Positions 51,763 through 64,000 of a stretch of DNA of 64,000 bases are shown here, piece after piece. The DNA is from Paragordius varius. Lineage: Eukaryota; Animalia; Nematomorpha. Positions within the stretch are counted from its first letter, which is position 1, and every line of letters begins with the position of its first letter. Location: positions 3,162,001-3,226,000 of the forward strand of contig OZ176057.1 in NCBI GenBank assembly GCA_964247055.1, given 5' to 3'. The position numbers were made by a program, and so were the translations under genes. A model generated the notes under the pieces. That model was not told the DNA's origin. It made no database searches and was given only the letters and a program-made list of their open reading frames with translations.

Positions 51763-54700
51763 TTATGTATTATTATTTTCCCTAAGCATTTTAAACTGTT
51801 TATCATCCCCAATATAATCTGAAATATCAAGTGCTATAACACACGATTCTTTAACCAGGGGGTCGGGATCATTGAGAAACGAACGCAAAAATGCTTCATA
51901 TTTTTCATATAATTTCAAAAATTCTGCCTTCTTCGTGGGTTCAATCTGGGCTGATTTATTTTCCAAGATTTCACTATCTACACATGTATAATTAGATTTT
52001 TACAAAAAAATATTAAATATACACTGGAATTTCACAAAAAGCTTAATACATCCACCAAAAATAACATGTACGAATAACAAAAATATAACAAAAAATCCAA
52101 AAATCAATATTAATTTAATATTAACCTAAAATTATAAAACACTGGTTAAAAAACATATACATATGAATCTAGAACTTTCTAAATTAAAATTCCAATTAAT
52201 ACCAAAATATTGAGTATTTCAACGTAAATAATATACAAAAACAAAAAAAATTTGATAAAATCCTTAAAAAAGAATTTAAAATGTGCGCACAAATTTTTCC
52301 AATGATTGAGCCTATGGCTTCGGCACTTTCATGTCTAACCATAGCGTGTTCTCCTTTGTCCCTCAAGCGCTCTGCGAGGCAATCCAAAGTTAAGGGTTCT
52401 TGCATTTGTCCCATGATGAAAGCTATCTCATGATTTAATAGCCGATTATTTCGATTTGCTGGATCTGATAATGCTAGTCAAAGGAAAATATTATAAATAA
52501 ATTTTCTTTAAATTTCAAAATTTTTGTTGTAATTCGTTTTTTTGGCAAAAATTCGTTAGTGATAATTTTAAATCTATAAAAAATAGACGAGAGAGCTATT
52601 TTATGATTTAATAATTGATAATGTCAATTACGTGGAACCGATCAAATTTTTTACATAAAGATTGATGATCATAAATTGTTATAGGAAAACGGATATTATA
52701 GGTTTAATTTTCATTTTCGTATTATTTATTCAACATTTGTTTTACCAAAGAGTAGTATCTTTTTCGATGGTTATAAAAAAAAGTTAGATAAGAAATTATG
52801 TTAAAAACATTAGTTTATATTTGAGTTATGCATTTAACCGATGATAAATGCAACCTTATTATAAGATAATAACTGATTATGGCGTTTACCTGGATTTGAT
52901 AATGATAAAATATTTTTTGTAGGAAGTAAAATAATAATGTCAATATGTAATTACATAAAACTCATTTTACTTCTTTAATATACAAGGTAATAAAAATTTT
53001 ATGGTTATAAAAACATTTTTATAATTTATAATTAAACTATACCAATTACAATTCAAATTCACTCTTGAACAAATCGAATTTACCTTTGAACAATTCAAAT
53101 TCACCTTTGAACTTAAGTTTAACCTAAAAAGAAATTATGATTTTCGGGCTAATATAACTTAACATTAATATGAAATATTATCACATAATTTATTAATTTT
53201 TCACTATTATTTTAATTTAATATTTCTTTTTTTTAACATAAACCATATAGGTAATTTTTAATGTTAAACACTTATTTTAGGGTGAATTTGAATTGTTCAA
53301 GAGCAAATTTGATTGTAAATGATATACTAAAAGGGATATTTAAAAACTATAAAAAAGGGAGTTCCAAGTAAATTTTTTATTGGGAAATTTAGAACAAATA
53401 TTTTATCTAATATAATTATATTAGATCCACAATAATTGCTACAAAAGGTTATGAAATCAAATCATTTTATACGGTTGTATAGTAATAAAAAGTTAAAGTT
53501 AATATTTATCTACAGGAAAAAGATACTATGAAATAAAAATTTGGGATCTATTTAAGTTTTGAATAATTTTAGGGGCTCAGAATAGGGGAAAAAAACTAAA
53601 TGTTTTAAAAAGAAAAATCTCAAACTTCTTGAAAGTATATCAATACAAGGCGGTGTAGCTATATCACGGAGGGTAAATAGAGCCTTATACTTATCATAAA
53701 TGTCTGAGTCGGGGTCGTCTAACAGCAAAGTACGACAATGTTCTATCAAATGATTTTGATCTAATTATCATATATATATATATATATAAGTAATTTAAAA
53801 TAAACCATTTATATATTCTCATAGTGTTTTATAGGGAAACACAATCCTTTTTCAAATTAAATATTTAAAAAGGATTTTTTTACATGCAATTTTTTTCCAA
53901 TCAAATAATATCAGTGATATTAAAAATTAATATTAGATAAAAAATGCTAATGAAATGATATTATTGAAGCTTATTTAATAAAAAATTTAAAAGATTATCT
54001 GGATATCTTTAAAATAACTTGATATTAATTTTCAATAATTACTGTAACAATATGTATTAAGGAAAGGTAAGGCGAATAAAATTAAGCCATTCTGATTTCT
54101 TTAAGAGCTACAAAATATGTAGCGTTGGTTAAATTCAAAAAAACAAATAATATATGAGAAAAAAAGAGCAAGGATCATATTAAATTAAAATAAACATATA
54201 TACCATTTACAGTTCAAATTTACCCTTGAACAATTCAAATTCACCCGCGAACAATTTAAATTTACCCTAAAATAAATTATTAAATGAAATTTTGTTTAAA
54301 ATTAATTTAATACTGAAAAAATAATAAACTATGCCATAATTTTATATTAATGATGAGTTATATTAGCCCGAAAAAACATAATTTATTTTTAAGGTGAATT
54401 TGAATTTAAGGGTGAATTTGGATTGTAAATGGTATATTAAACAAATCATTATGATGATACTTTTTCGATGTGAATATATTATTTTAAAAACTTAATATAT
54501 ATATTTTTATCATAATTCTTCATGAAACAGTATTTAGATCGTGTAAAGTAAATCATAAATTTTAGAAGTTTAGTAAGTCTTAAGATTTATGTTAATAACT
54601 AATGGAATTTCTAAAAACTTAACCATTAACTTTCATATTTATCTCTTATATTTGAATTTTTTAATCAATTGCCTAAGTATAAACCTAAAAATCCAGGATA

Positions 54701-56443
54701 TTCGCCATTCTGTATGAATGAGGGAGCCGGATCCACCGTGTCATATGATATAAGTGTGCCATCGTAGGAGAAAGATGGTACATTTTTAACTCCATTTTCT
54801 ATTTTATTGCATTTTTTGGCATTAGATTTGGAATTTGCTTGAATATCTTGTAATTTACGTAGGGCCAAATAACACGTTTCACGTATCTATAGCATAAAAA
54901 AATATTTTATCCCAAGCTAGAAAAATAAAAAAAATACACTTTTAAAACCCCATAAACTATGTTTAAATAAAAAATTAACATCTGCTTATAAATTCGACCT
55001 TTAAATTTAAGTAATGATATTTGTATTTTTTATATAATACATGATAATCTTTAGTCTATATTTTAAATTGATATTTACCTTTGACAAAGATTATTTGTAG
55101 TAATCTAAAATTCACATTGATAAATTTATTCAATCATAGCTGAATATAATCCCAATATTAAAAGATATATTATTGTCCGATTCGTAGGTAAAAAATAATA
55201 AAAAAGTTTATTTCAAATTATCTGATAAGAGTTGAAATAAAGAGTTGCATAATAAGATTATAATAAATATGGCATAAATATATAAAAACTTGAAAACCAA
55301 AAAACGAATTGGTGCCCAAAATTATTGTAAATATGTGGTAAAAGTTTTGATAATCATTATATTCAGTGTTTATTATATAAAAAAGAATAACCCAAAAACG
55401 ACGCGTTAAATTTAACGTGTATATTAAGTGGCATCTTAAGTGATTTTTAGTACCGAAGCAGCCTTTTTTGAAACTCTTTAGAGGTGTAAAATAAATTTTT
55501 TTCAACAAGGATGTTTATTTGAGATCCGCGATAAATTAGGATATTCATAATTTTTAAATATATATTTTCATAAAATCTAGGTAAAATCAACATTTCTTAA
55601 ACCATTTTTCTAATTTTGCCTAGGGAAAACAAAAAATTGTTATATTTATTTGCATTTAATAGTCTTTCTTATATTTAAAATCTAATAACTTTTAAATGCG
55701 GCCCATTTGTGTTGGCCACCTCGTTTACAACATTTATAAAACAATTCTTGACTCAGTGTTTTACCAAAAAAATTGTAACTGATAATACTATCAAAACTAT
55801 AATGCCATCTTTGTAAATTAAAAAAAACTGAGAGTTTAAAAAAATAAGTTTAACAAAACTTTTCCCATTTCGAAAAATATTTCGAAAATATAAAATAATA
55901 AAATTTATCATTGGCATCAATCATCCATTTTATTCAAACATATTTTGTTTTGCACATTATAAAATACAAATACTATCATAAACTAAAATAAATTATGCTC
56001 AAAGGTTATCAGATTTCAAAAAAATATATATTAATTATATAATTTTAAATAATCGTAAAGAAAAATTCAACCTCTTTGTTATCCAAATTAAGATATAACT
56101 GGATTATAGGAATCGAGTCGGGATTACCAATTGCACTAATGGCTTCACCTAAAATTATATTTGAATATAGACCTGCTTCATGCCTGACAATAACCGCTTG
56201 CGATTCATCTGCCAGTAAATCGTATAAATACGATAATGCATATTCATTTTTCATTTGACCTAAACAATATGCACATTCATGTTTAAACAAGATCGATGGC
56301 TCCCTTATCAAGGAATTTGTTATTGCATTGATAGCTCGTTCTCCACCCAAAGTTCTTAAAGTAAAAACTGCACGAAATTTATCAGTAAGGGGTGAATTCG
56401 GATTCGATAGCACACTTAAAGCCGATTCAAATGTGTCAAGCAT
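51763..56443 (-). CDS. DOHH: Deoxyhypusine hydroxylase (HEAT-repeat di-iron enzyme), about 360 aa. Exons 56443-56173, 56148-56072, 54886-54685, 53760-53626, 52473-52291 (donor uncertain), 51977-51763
   Basis: All four His-Glu iron-ligand motifs are present (KHEC, RHEA, NHEI, RHES). Also FRAVFTLR and YKALFTLR repeats, TVDPAP linker, and RETC and KESC helices. The 77-bp second exon matches human DOHH as recalled. Phases are consistent. Confidence 0.92.
53038..53326. mobile_element. MITE family A
   Basis: Same termini and internal sequence. Confidence 0.8.
54199..54436. mobile_element. MITE family A
   Basis: Same termini and internal sequence. Confidence 0.8.
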
Positions 56444-56488
56444 GGTAAACACATGAAAGAGTGAAAATATTAGATTTTTTTACATTAA

Positions 56489-57027
56489 CACTTCGATTCA
56501 AATTGGGGTATCTAAATACCCCAGACTAAATTTAAATGGATATTTTATTAAAACTACTGAAGGAAACGATCCTAATTTAAATTTATGCTCTATATTAATA
56601 ATTATATAAATATGCCAAAATATCTTGATAAAATTTTGTTTTAAACTACTTCGACGCCATTTTTATTTAACAAAATTTTTGCAAAATATCGTCTTCAATT
56701 AATTTAAAAAAAAATTATTTAAATTACATCTAACATTGATAGAAATAGAAAAAGCGGTTTATTTTGTATAATTTTTTAATTTTACCATTTCACACATGTC
56801 ACGTTGAAGAAATTTTACTTTTCGGTATTAGCTTAAAATAAGTGACATCAAGTGTTTTTGAATAAAAAAATCTATATATTTCGGTTTATTAATGTTATAT
56901 AAGTGCAAAATTTTGCCATGTCGATTCATTACATACTTTTTAAAATATTTGATTTTAAACAGGCCTCTGGTATCCAACTACCCAAATTTAAATCGAAGGA
57001 CTAAAATGAGTGTGTTGTATCCAAGTG
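56489..57027 (+). mobile_element. MITE family B (piggyBac-like, TTAA TSD), 45 bp upstream of the DOHH ATG
   Basis: TTAA|CACTT...AAGTG|TTAA. An internal inverted repeat (CTTCGATTCAAATTGGGG) abuts one end and is offset by about 27 bp at the other. Confidence 0.85.
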
Positions 57028-58780
57028 TTAAATTTTTATAAGGCATAACATATTCTCGATAAAAGAAATATCGTATATATTCTGATAGGTGTATTAAGAT
57101 GGCGCTCCTTTTGGTTCTTACGAGTGATTGAATAGATATTATAAATTTTTGGAAGTAACTGCTCTATAATTACGGAATTTGTGTATTTTGGCAATTTATA
57201 TCTTTTTGGTCAGAGCAATCTCAAAATATCACTTAAAAGTAAAACAGTATTTTTACAAAGTTTAAATGTTAGATATCGTTTCCAAAAGTTCCATATTTTT
57301 TGCCCTACTAATATGGGCCAGTTCTCTTAACATTCCATTTAGAGATATTTATATTCCGGAGCGAATATAATTTGAATATATTAAAAAATTTAGTCTTTTA
57401 TGCGCCTATTAAAATATTTTTTTAAAAATATAAAATTGAGAGAAATTAGGATTTTGATATCAGCTGTTCGTAATCATGTTTTTACCTTGTCCCAAATTTA
57501 AACAGATTATATATTAAAAATATAAGTTTCATATCCATGAAAACCACGTTTGAATTGAATATGGATTAAAATAACTTTCATTTCCAACACCTAAACTTAA
57601 ACAAAAAATTGAAAACATATTCTTTGGGGTTTGTACACCTCTGAGCCATTAAAACTTAATATCTCATAAAAATATTTATAATCGAGCCATATTTAAATTA
57701 TCTTTTTTTAGGTTTTTAGGCGCATGATACCAATATATTTTTTAACATTTCACTACCCTTTGCCGCCTTATAATTTAAAATAGCCGATTTCATAATAAAA
57801 TTTCCTTAGCTTTTGAGGCGATGCTTTAAAAATTTTCTACAAATGTAAAATTATGTAAAAATCCTTATGTTAAACCTTTTCGCCTCATTTTTACTTTTTA
57901 AAATCGCTAATACATTGCGCAAATAAATGTATATTAAGGATATAAACTGAAAATAATTGACCTAAATTTAATGTGACCAAATATTTTAAACCCTGGAGCA
58001 TGTACAAATTTAAAACATGCTTTGCCTATTTTTCACCAGATTTGCTGCGGTTTATCAGATGATATAGTTCTTTTTTATTTGTTAGCTTATTGGAAACACA
58101 TATAATTAACAAATGCATTAAATTAACCGAAACAAATAAAACAAACATTAAACTTTTAAATTTTGATCAAATTTTTATAAAATATCATAAATTCATTTTG
58201 TGTTTATTTTTATTTTGAGGCCGCTTTTGCAGAAACCCCAAGTTAAAGGGCCGTTAGCCTAAATCTTTCGAAAAAATTATAGTTCCGCCACTGATTGATT
58301 GCCTTTATAAACGGTTTTACCGATCCGACACTCGATTCCATGTATAACTCAATCAGAAAATAAAATAACCAATTAAAAATAGGCCAATATTAGTGTTTAT
58401 CTAAAAATGAACCTTTTATTTTTTTTTAAAATTATTATTTTATCAAAGGGTACACTATAAAATTCATTAATTTTTTTTATATATAAAGGTAATAAATATA
58501 TTAACAAAAATTTTTTAAAAGCAGTACAAAAGTCAGGGCAGTACAGGCCATTTTTTTTCGAAAACCCAGTACTGTACTGCGAAAAACAGCCTATCTGGTC
58601 ACATTACTAAATTAGCTTTTAGGTTATTTACCAGCAAAAACTTGATATTTATTGATATTCAAATAAGCTGTTTTCTTTCTATTGTGTTAATGAGCTCTCC
58701 CAATTTTAGACAATAGAACAGGAGCCAAATCAATGGCTTTGCTGTTTTAAACACTTACAGACTTTTTTGGTAAAGGGGAC

Positions 58781-59447
58781 CAGTGGCGTATCAAGCATTT
58801 TCGGCGTCCGGGGCATAACTATCTTTTTTTAGAAAGCCAATTAAACAATTTAGTAAAAAAAATACAAACGTTGCAACCTAAACATCGTAGATAAGACAGC
58901 ACAGCCATATAAATTTTAAGATATATATATATGAAATTAAATATATTTATATTCAAATACATACGTGAAAATATTCTAATAAATTCTATAATATGAAAAT
59001 TAGATATATAAAAATAATACACATTGATCGTTGTATATATTGAATTGATCTGCTGATAAATTCCCTCAACAAAACTGCTTGAGTTCTAGCACTCTATCGG
59101 GTTTAGACTCACGCTTAACAGTTTTTTTAGTATATTTTGTAATAGGTCCCATCTAATAGTTGAACGTGAAAAAAAACAGGTGCCTGTTTAAGAAACGTTT
59201 TTTAAGCAAAAAATATAAGTTTGCACATGTTGTAGGGAATAACTACATGAAAGTTGTTTTTTGCAGAATTGATCTTGTCATTTATATAATTTTTATATTA
59301 TTTTAGGGATTATTACGGAAATTGTTGAAAAATCTTACCTAAAAGTTGTTAATCATTTTGCATAATTCAAATTTAATTAATAAAATCATTTAAGCGACTC
59401 TAATAACGGCGTCCGGGGCATGATGCACCCTCTCCCCCCCGCTCGCT
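58781..59447. mobile_element. hAT-like MITE (CAGTGGCGTA end, GGCGTCCGGGGCAT subterminal motif). Related ends at 58200-58273, 61890-62067 and 63959-64000
   Basis: CAGTGGCGTATC start, the motif repeated at 58803 and 59408, and a C-rich right end. No clear 8-bp TSD was seen. Confidence 0.55.
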
Positions 59448-62107
59448 GAATGTTGGGTTTGGTTAGATGTATAATAAAGTTACTTGCACTTTTGTGGTAA
59501 TTTGATTTCGCAAAAGCGCAAAATTAGCGCACGTTAAATAATTTTTTTTGGAAAAACATAAATATTTTATTCCAAAAATAATATAATCCACAGATAGAAC
59601 AATCTACAAAAACCTTGCCCGTCCAGAATAAAGTTGAATAATACCATTTATTTATATTTAAAAATAAAAGCTGTTTATATTTATTTTTATTTTTTTATTT
59701 TTGGGCTTTGAAAGATTTGTTTCTATTCAGAATGAGCAAGTTCTATTAAAAAACGGAGAAATGCCGAGCTTTTGCAATTAAATTTATAAATATGTTAGAT
59801 TATTTAATCCAAATACATAATTCTAAAAAATGCATTTTTATTCCAAAACTTATTTGAAAATTTTGTTGAAGAGTACATCATATGAATTTGAGGACTGAAG
59901 GAAACGTTAGAAAACGCTGTAAGATATTCTTAAAAAAACTTTTTTTTATTACTACATCATCTTTTGGGGGTAATTTTATAACCCAGGGTCATTTTGATAT
60001 CAAATATTTTTAGCAATTTTTAAAATATAATTTCTTGAGCCTTTTATATTAAACTAAGATTTTTTTAATGTAATATTGTAAAAAATCATCATCTAAAATT
60101 ATTTCGCTGCTATTTTTTTTTAATTTTTATTTAAATTGTGTACAACAGGCAAATATATGTATATTATGGTTAAAGAAATAACTTTAAAACACTTTCAAAT
60201 TTTAATCTAATATATTTATGCTATTTATGGATTTTAATATCAGTATTAGTTTTAATGTTTTGGAGCTATCTGAGTTTAGGACTCTAGAAGTTAAAAAACT
60301 GTAAAAACTTATTTTTTATTTAATACTTGACAAGAGAATTTAATAATTAAATTTTAACCTAATTAACTTATTTTATTTACTACATTAAGCTCTGGGGTCA
60401 TCGCCTAGAAAAAAATGAAATTGAAATTAAGTTTAAAATCACTTGTAATGGCCGAAACCAAAAACACCATGATAATGCTAATATTTATTCCTATCAAAAA
60501 AAATATATTTACGTGATATTAATTTGTGGACACGGTGTTAAATTTCAGTTAATCTACGAAATCTTAGTTTATTTACAAGCTTTAGGGTATTAAATTTTCC
60601 CAAAATATAATTATCTGCAATAAAATTATTTTTTAGTATTGGAACTAATAATTTATCGATAATTGTCTATTGATTCAGGTAATGGCAGTAGAAAAGTTAA
60701 AATTTATTTGTAGTTATTTAATACTCTTGTATATTTTATAATTATTATATTTTAAAACGATCGCTTTATGACCAACCATTTATATATTTTAATGGTTTCA
60801 AACTTTTAAATATTACGAATATTACCTAAATTGTATTTCAATCCAAACAAAAACGTATTCCACACTTCAAATATTGGGCAAACGAATGAATAGCAATTAT
60901 AATCAATTTAAAATGTATTTAAAACAGCATTTAAAAGATTTAACAGTTAACATAAAAACATTAACCTCTCATCTTTGCTCATTATATCTAGAAAGTTTGG
61001 CGGTTTTCAATTATTGGTATAAAGTCGAGTTTTCTTCAACTATACAGATAATGATATTCGAATCACAGTGCAATTAGTTACCATCTCAATTACAGCTAAC
61101 CATTGCTTTTTTACCAATCCACCCTTCACCTTTGCTCCTACTACCGAGAAAATTTACGGTTTATAAGTATCGGTACAAAGTCGAGTTTCAACTAAAAAAT
61201 TTATCAATCACAGCAAAATGTACTCAACTTCTATTAATGGCTAAAAAATAATATTTGCAAACAATTATTTTGTACACACTCATCAATTCTTAATATAAAT
61301 AAGGCCTATCTCAATATATCAAGTCACCAGTTTTATGAGATGAAAATATTTAGAAATAAGTTTTATATGGTTAAATGTTTTTAAAAAATATTTATTCCAA
61401 TAGAAATAAATAATATTATAACAAAAGTTATTATATAAAATGTGTATATCCATGGTTTATGGTGAAACTTTAAAATTAAGCCGTGAGTCTTAAAAACTCT
61501 TTTTCCCGTATCAACTGTGTTAATAATAGAAATATATGGCAAATGCAAAATTATCAAAGACTCTTGGCATCCTTTTATTTATTATGTTAAATTTTAATAT
61601 AAAATATACTATGTCATAAATCTGTGCAATTAGCCGAAACGATTATTTCACTAGGTATATATGGGTGAAATTTAACATATTATTGTTTGAATTTAAGCTT
61701 CTAAAAATAAATAATGAAGGGCAAGGATGCTTGTGTTTAAGTCCGTTTAAGGAAAATTCAATAATCCAATTCTATTAATCGAATTAAAATAAAATGGTTA
61801 ATATATACTGTGAACGAAATTGGATGTATATAAAATATTTGGAGAAATTACATATATTCTGCTAGAGGAATGTTTATAGGTAATATTGGGAGAGGTGTAA
61901 CTTGAATTCTGGGCTCCAATGCATGAGTGATGGCGCCCCTTTCCCTCCAACCACTGATAAATGAGTGATCTATTACGTATTATTTAAGATAATAATTCTT
62001 AGATACTTATTTTATGAAATAAAATTATGGCGCCCAATGCATCAGCCCCCATCTAGCTACGCCTCTGTTTATTGCTATTAACACTATTTATTTGAAATAT
62101 TGGGTAG

Positions 62108-62159
<52 letters not shown>

Positions 62160-62265
62160 TTTAATAAAAATACTTAAATAAGAAATATTATTTGGGAGTC
62201 TAATATTAGTGTTATAAAATTGAAGTTTGTTTTATTTAGCATTTTTTTACTACTTAAATTATGAT

Positions 62266-62309
<44 letters not shown>

Positions 62310-62555
62310 TCCGAAAACAACAAATTATAAGATTGAACCAAGATTTATGTTGAATAAGAGATTATTATTTGAAACGGCATAAAATTAATCATCATAATCT
62401 ATAAACAAAAATTAAAAGCATTTGCATCAAAACCAAGCCAAAAAATTATCATTAACGCCCTAAGCCGATTGGCTGGATTATTTTTTAATATTATTAATAA
62501 TGCATCCTTTAACAATTACATACAGACTCTTCTAATTTCTTAAGTTATATCCTTT

Positions 62556-63836
62556 ATGAATGTCATCATAGAAATATCAAGTTTTAAACCTTTGTTAACC
62601 CAAAATCCGGCCGAAACATTTTGTGTATTCTATATTCGGTCACTTCTATTTTTATCCTTTTTTGCATTATTAGTTAATAGTTATGTCCTGTACGTTTTAT
62701 TAATCAAAATTAAAACGCCATATCGCCCATACTATTTTTTACAATGTATAACGGTTGTAAATATATTAATTAGTATAAATACCCTAGTCACAGTTAGTCT
62801 TTACTATATAGTTGGTGGACACTTTGCTCCTAACTGTATACTTATCAATTTTTTGACCAAATTAGTCGTTTCTATAAAACTTATATTGGCTATGCTTAAT
62901 TGTTACCTCATCTTAATGTTATTTGCGGATCGGCTCTATGGACTGATATGTTTTACTAGATTACGGTGGCTTAGAAGTCAAAAATTTTATATACTATCAC
63001 CGTATATCTTGTTTTTCATCATATCTATTCCTCACATAGTTGATTACCGATTGAGTGATGTTTATATGGTACAAACATTAAATTCCGATATAGTTTACAA
63101 TGTTTTAGATTGCAAAAGTGAATCTGCATATGGTACAATATTAAACAATACAAGTGTAACATCTATGAAAAATCATAGCCTACCAATCAAAATTCCCCCT
63201 AAAATACCCCTTTGTCTACTCTACCATGGCAAATCAAGGTATAATGTTCAATATGTCCGCCGAATTATAATAAGTTATGCAGTAATAATAGTAACATTGG
63301 CTATTACCCTGACCGTAATGATTTATGTAGTTGTTTTTTACCTCCTGAAATATAAAAAACGGAGATCCACGGTATTTGCCGATAAAAGTCCGCATGTAAT
63401 TAAGTCTATCATCCTGGCTACTGTCGGAAATACTAGTTTTTCACCGCTGAAAAATGATAAGTCAAATAAATCTTTGACACCTATTTTAAATAACTTCTAT
63501 GGCGTTAATCGAATTCGCCAGTGGAATAGAAAAATACAACGAAACAGATTACCTCCTGTTTTCCAAAAATCAATTCAAAAATTTTTTTGTCTGTACCTAC
63601 TCATTTTGGGCCATTTCCTTATGATAGCTCCTTCATATATTGTTTATATATGTTTTAGTCGATATTATGTTTTGCGAATGGAACCGCCCATAAAACTCCT
63701 TTACGCAAAACCGATAACAAAAATCATTAAACTTTTATCACTATTTTATACCATTATCTATGTTTTATGTGATCCAAACCTACGAAAGGTATTTAAAAAG
63801 TCATTCTACCCCAAAAGTCAAATTAGATGCTGCTGA
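62556..63836 (+). CDS. Intronless divergent class A (rhodopsin-like) GPCR, orphan, 426 aa
   Basis: Seven hydrophobic segments. TM1 Asn (LLVNS), a DRY-like DRL motif preceded by a TM3 Cys, an ECL2 Cys, a long basic ICL3, TM6 Pro (MIAP), and TM7/helix 8 YTIIYVLCDPNLRKVF. Confidence 0.8.
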   Translation: MNVIIEISSFKPLLTQNPAETFCVFYIRSLLFLSFFALLVNSYVLYVLLIKIKTPYRPYYFLQCITVVNILISINTLVTVSLYYIVGGHFAPNCILINFLTKLVVSIKLILAMLNCYLILMLFADRLYGLICFTRLRWLRSQKFYILSPYILFFIISIPHIVDYRLSDVYMVQTLNSDIVYNVLDCKSESAYGTILNNTSVTSMKNHSLPIKIPPKIPLCLLYHGKSRYNVQYVRRIIISYAVIIVTLAITLTVMIYVVVFYLLKYKKRRSTVFADKSPHVIKSIILATVGNTSFSPLKNDKSNKSLTPILNNFYGVNRIRQWNRKIQRNRLPPVFQKSIQKFFCLYLLILGHFLMIAPSYIVYICFSRYYVLRMEPPIKLLYAKPITKIIKLLSLFYTIIYVLCDPNLRKVFKKSFYPKSQIRCC

Positions 63837-64000
63837 CTCTGGCAACCAGAAGCATAGCTTACATATCTATCACCTGGTGAATGAATCCGAGATGGCGTTC
63901 CCCTCCATGCAACTTCTGCATTTTAAAATAATAATCAAATTTAAACCGTGATCATGACAAGTGGCGTACCGAGCATTTGCTGCGCCCGGGGCATAAAACT

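Noticed and set aside
56045-56452. Single 135-aa ORF as DOHH exon 1
   Set aside because: It starts at GTG (the ATG is at 56443), reads through the 24-nt intron and runs past the donor at 56071.

Overview
Very AT-rich, intron-rich animal genomic DNA, not prokaryotic. The protostome-like PKC tail and 24-28 nt introns hint at a compact-intron spiralian; this is inference only. Four protein-coding genes could be reconstructed by hand. (1) The 3' five or six exons of Rheb (+, 2270-9565). (2) A complete 19-exon conventional protein kinase C (-, 47513-17664, 801 aa). (3) A complete 6-exon deoxyhypusine hydroxylase DOHH (-, 56443-51763, about 360 aa). (4) An intronless divergent class A GPCR (+, 62556-63836). 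Introns and spacers are packed with mobile DNA: a full-length decayed RTE LINE and a 3' RTE fragment, two non-autonomous Helitrons, at least 7 MITE/foldback families (about 35 copies), two 1.2-1.5 kb foldback palindromes and many (TA)n tracts. The most striking pattern is that all three conserved genes keep exon sizes matching the vertebrate orthologues, yet carry lineage-specific low-complexity loop insertions at new exon boundaries. These are a candidate 141-aa cassette exon in Rheb, two extra exons in the PKC C2 domain, and a HEAT-repeat insertion in DOHH. Ultra-short introns (24 and 28 nt) sit alongside multi-kb transposon-inflated ones. All gene models are manual and lack transcript support.
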